Assembly: GCA_035221665.1 (NCBI GenBank)
Contig: CM069139.1
Coordinates: 30,070,001 to 30,134,000 of the forward strand
Origin: Okamejei kenojei
Taxonomy: Eukaryota
Length of the DNA: 64,000 nucleotides
Direction of reading: 5' to 3'
The position numbers and the translations under genes were made by a program. The notes beneath the pieces are model-generated. The model was not told the origin of the DNA. It did not search any database and was given only the letters and a program-made list of their open reading frames with translations. Positions within the stretch are counted from its first letter, which is position 1. Every line of letters begins with the position of its first letter. Positions 63,101-64,000 of the stretch are shown here, piece after piece.

Positions 63101-63991
63101 ATCAGCAGCTTTTCCTTTCCAGAAGAAAGTGTAGCAACCCTTCTCCTCCTTCAGTTGTCCTTCATCTTCAGTTTCAGAATGGGCAGCTATGTCAATCCGA
63201 CATCTTCTCAGTTCTCTTGCACTGATCGTGGTTCTCCTCTCTGGTCTGTTACTGGTTGCACTATCCATCAATGTGCGCACATTCCATGCTCCAAAGTTAA
63301 TATTCATATTTCTGTGTTTCTGATCGTGTGTGGTGATACCTCTGGACGCGGTACTCCAGTCGGTAAATTTGAGGCAGGTTATTTTTAGAGCACATTTTCT
63401 AGCCCTTTCCCCAAGTGAGGTGAGCAGAGTGGACCTTAAAGAGAACTGCTCAGTCATGGGTGCAGCTGCCGAAGGGCTCTTCTGCCTTGTTCCAAGAGTC
63501 CAGCGACTGAATCTAGCACTCATCGCCTGATGTGCCAGCTCATGACTGGGGGCTTCCAGATCTCACAATCCTGCCCCCGTCGCCACTTGCTGATCGCCAT
63601 AGGATTTAATCCAGCGTGTTAGGCGGATTCTCAATATGGAGGACACCTGTGCGTGACTTTGTTTAACGTGGGGAGACTGGTGCACAGACAGCCACCATAT
63701 GGTTCTGGACAGATCTGGGTCAGGATCCAGTGGCATGGAGTCCAAGGCAACCGGAGACCCTTTTCTGCTGCAGCCTTCATCCGCTTTCCCAGCCGTTGTG
63801 ACACTCTACTAAAGTGTGCCATCTTCCACCGTTGAGGTCTTGGTTGGATTGCTCTTTTTCTGGGACCTCCCCATCGACCTTACCGCCCTGGGTGGCCCTA
63901 CCAGGAGCACAGCTCCAGACGGCATCGCTCTCAGGATTTCAGGACCACACAAGCCTCTCCACCATGACAAGGTGACAATCCACGGAGAAGA
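60188..63991 (-). mobile_element. Near full-length RTE-clade LINE, inactivated
   Basis: GAWNVRTL, HGVGFAI, SAYAPTL, CGNYRGI, VKQGCV, YTDD; (GAT)n tail; ATATATAT on both sides (60180-87, 63992-99). Confidence 0.93.
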
Positions 63992-64000
63992 ATATATATT

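Overview
Repeat-rich vertebrate genomic DNA, most likely from a cartilaginous fish (skate/ray/shark), judged from HE1-type tRNA SINEs and abundant CR1/HER1 LINEs. Two host genes diverge from a CpG-island promoter at ~23.0-23.3 kb. On the minus strand are the first five exons of MIS18BP1 (M18BP1/KNL2), running off the window inside the SANTA domain. On the plus strand is a complete 4-coding-exon, 442-aa F-box/leucine-rich-repeat gene that I cannot name. The rest is transposable elements: many CR1 fragments, a decayed Tc1, a solo LTR, BEL/Pao remnants, hAT-type non-autonomous elements, Rex1-like LINEs, a young near-full-length Penelope-like element with hammerhead-ribozyme termini, a full-length L1 and a near-full-length RTE. 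The most unusual signal is a family with CAAAGATC...GATCTTTG ends and 8-bp TSDs, present as one 382-bp element and three 20-37-bp TIR-only remnants. These remnants have the geometry of P-element excision footprints, and two of them sit in the promoter. Repeat-fragment boundaries are approximate; exon and TSD coordinates were read base by base.
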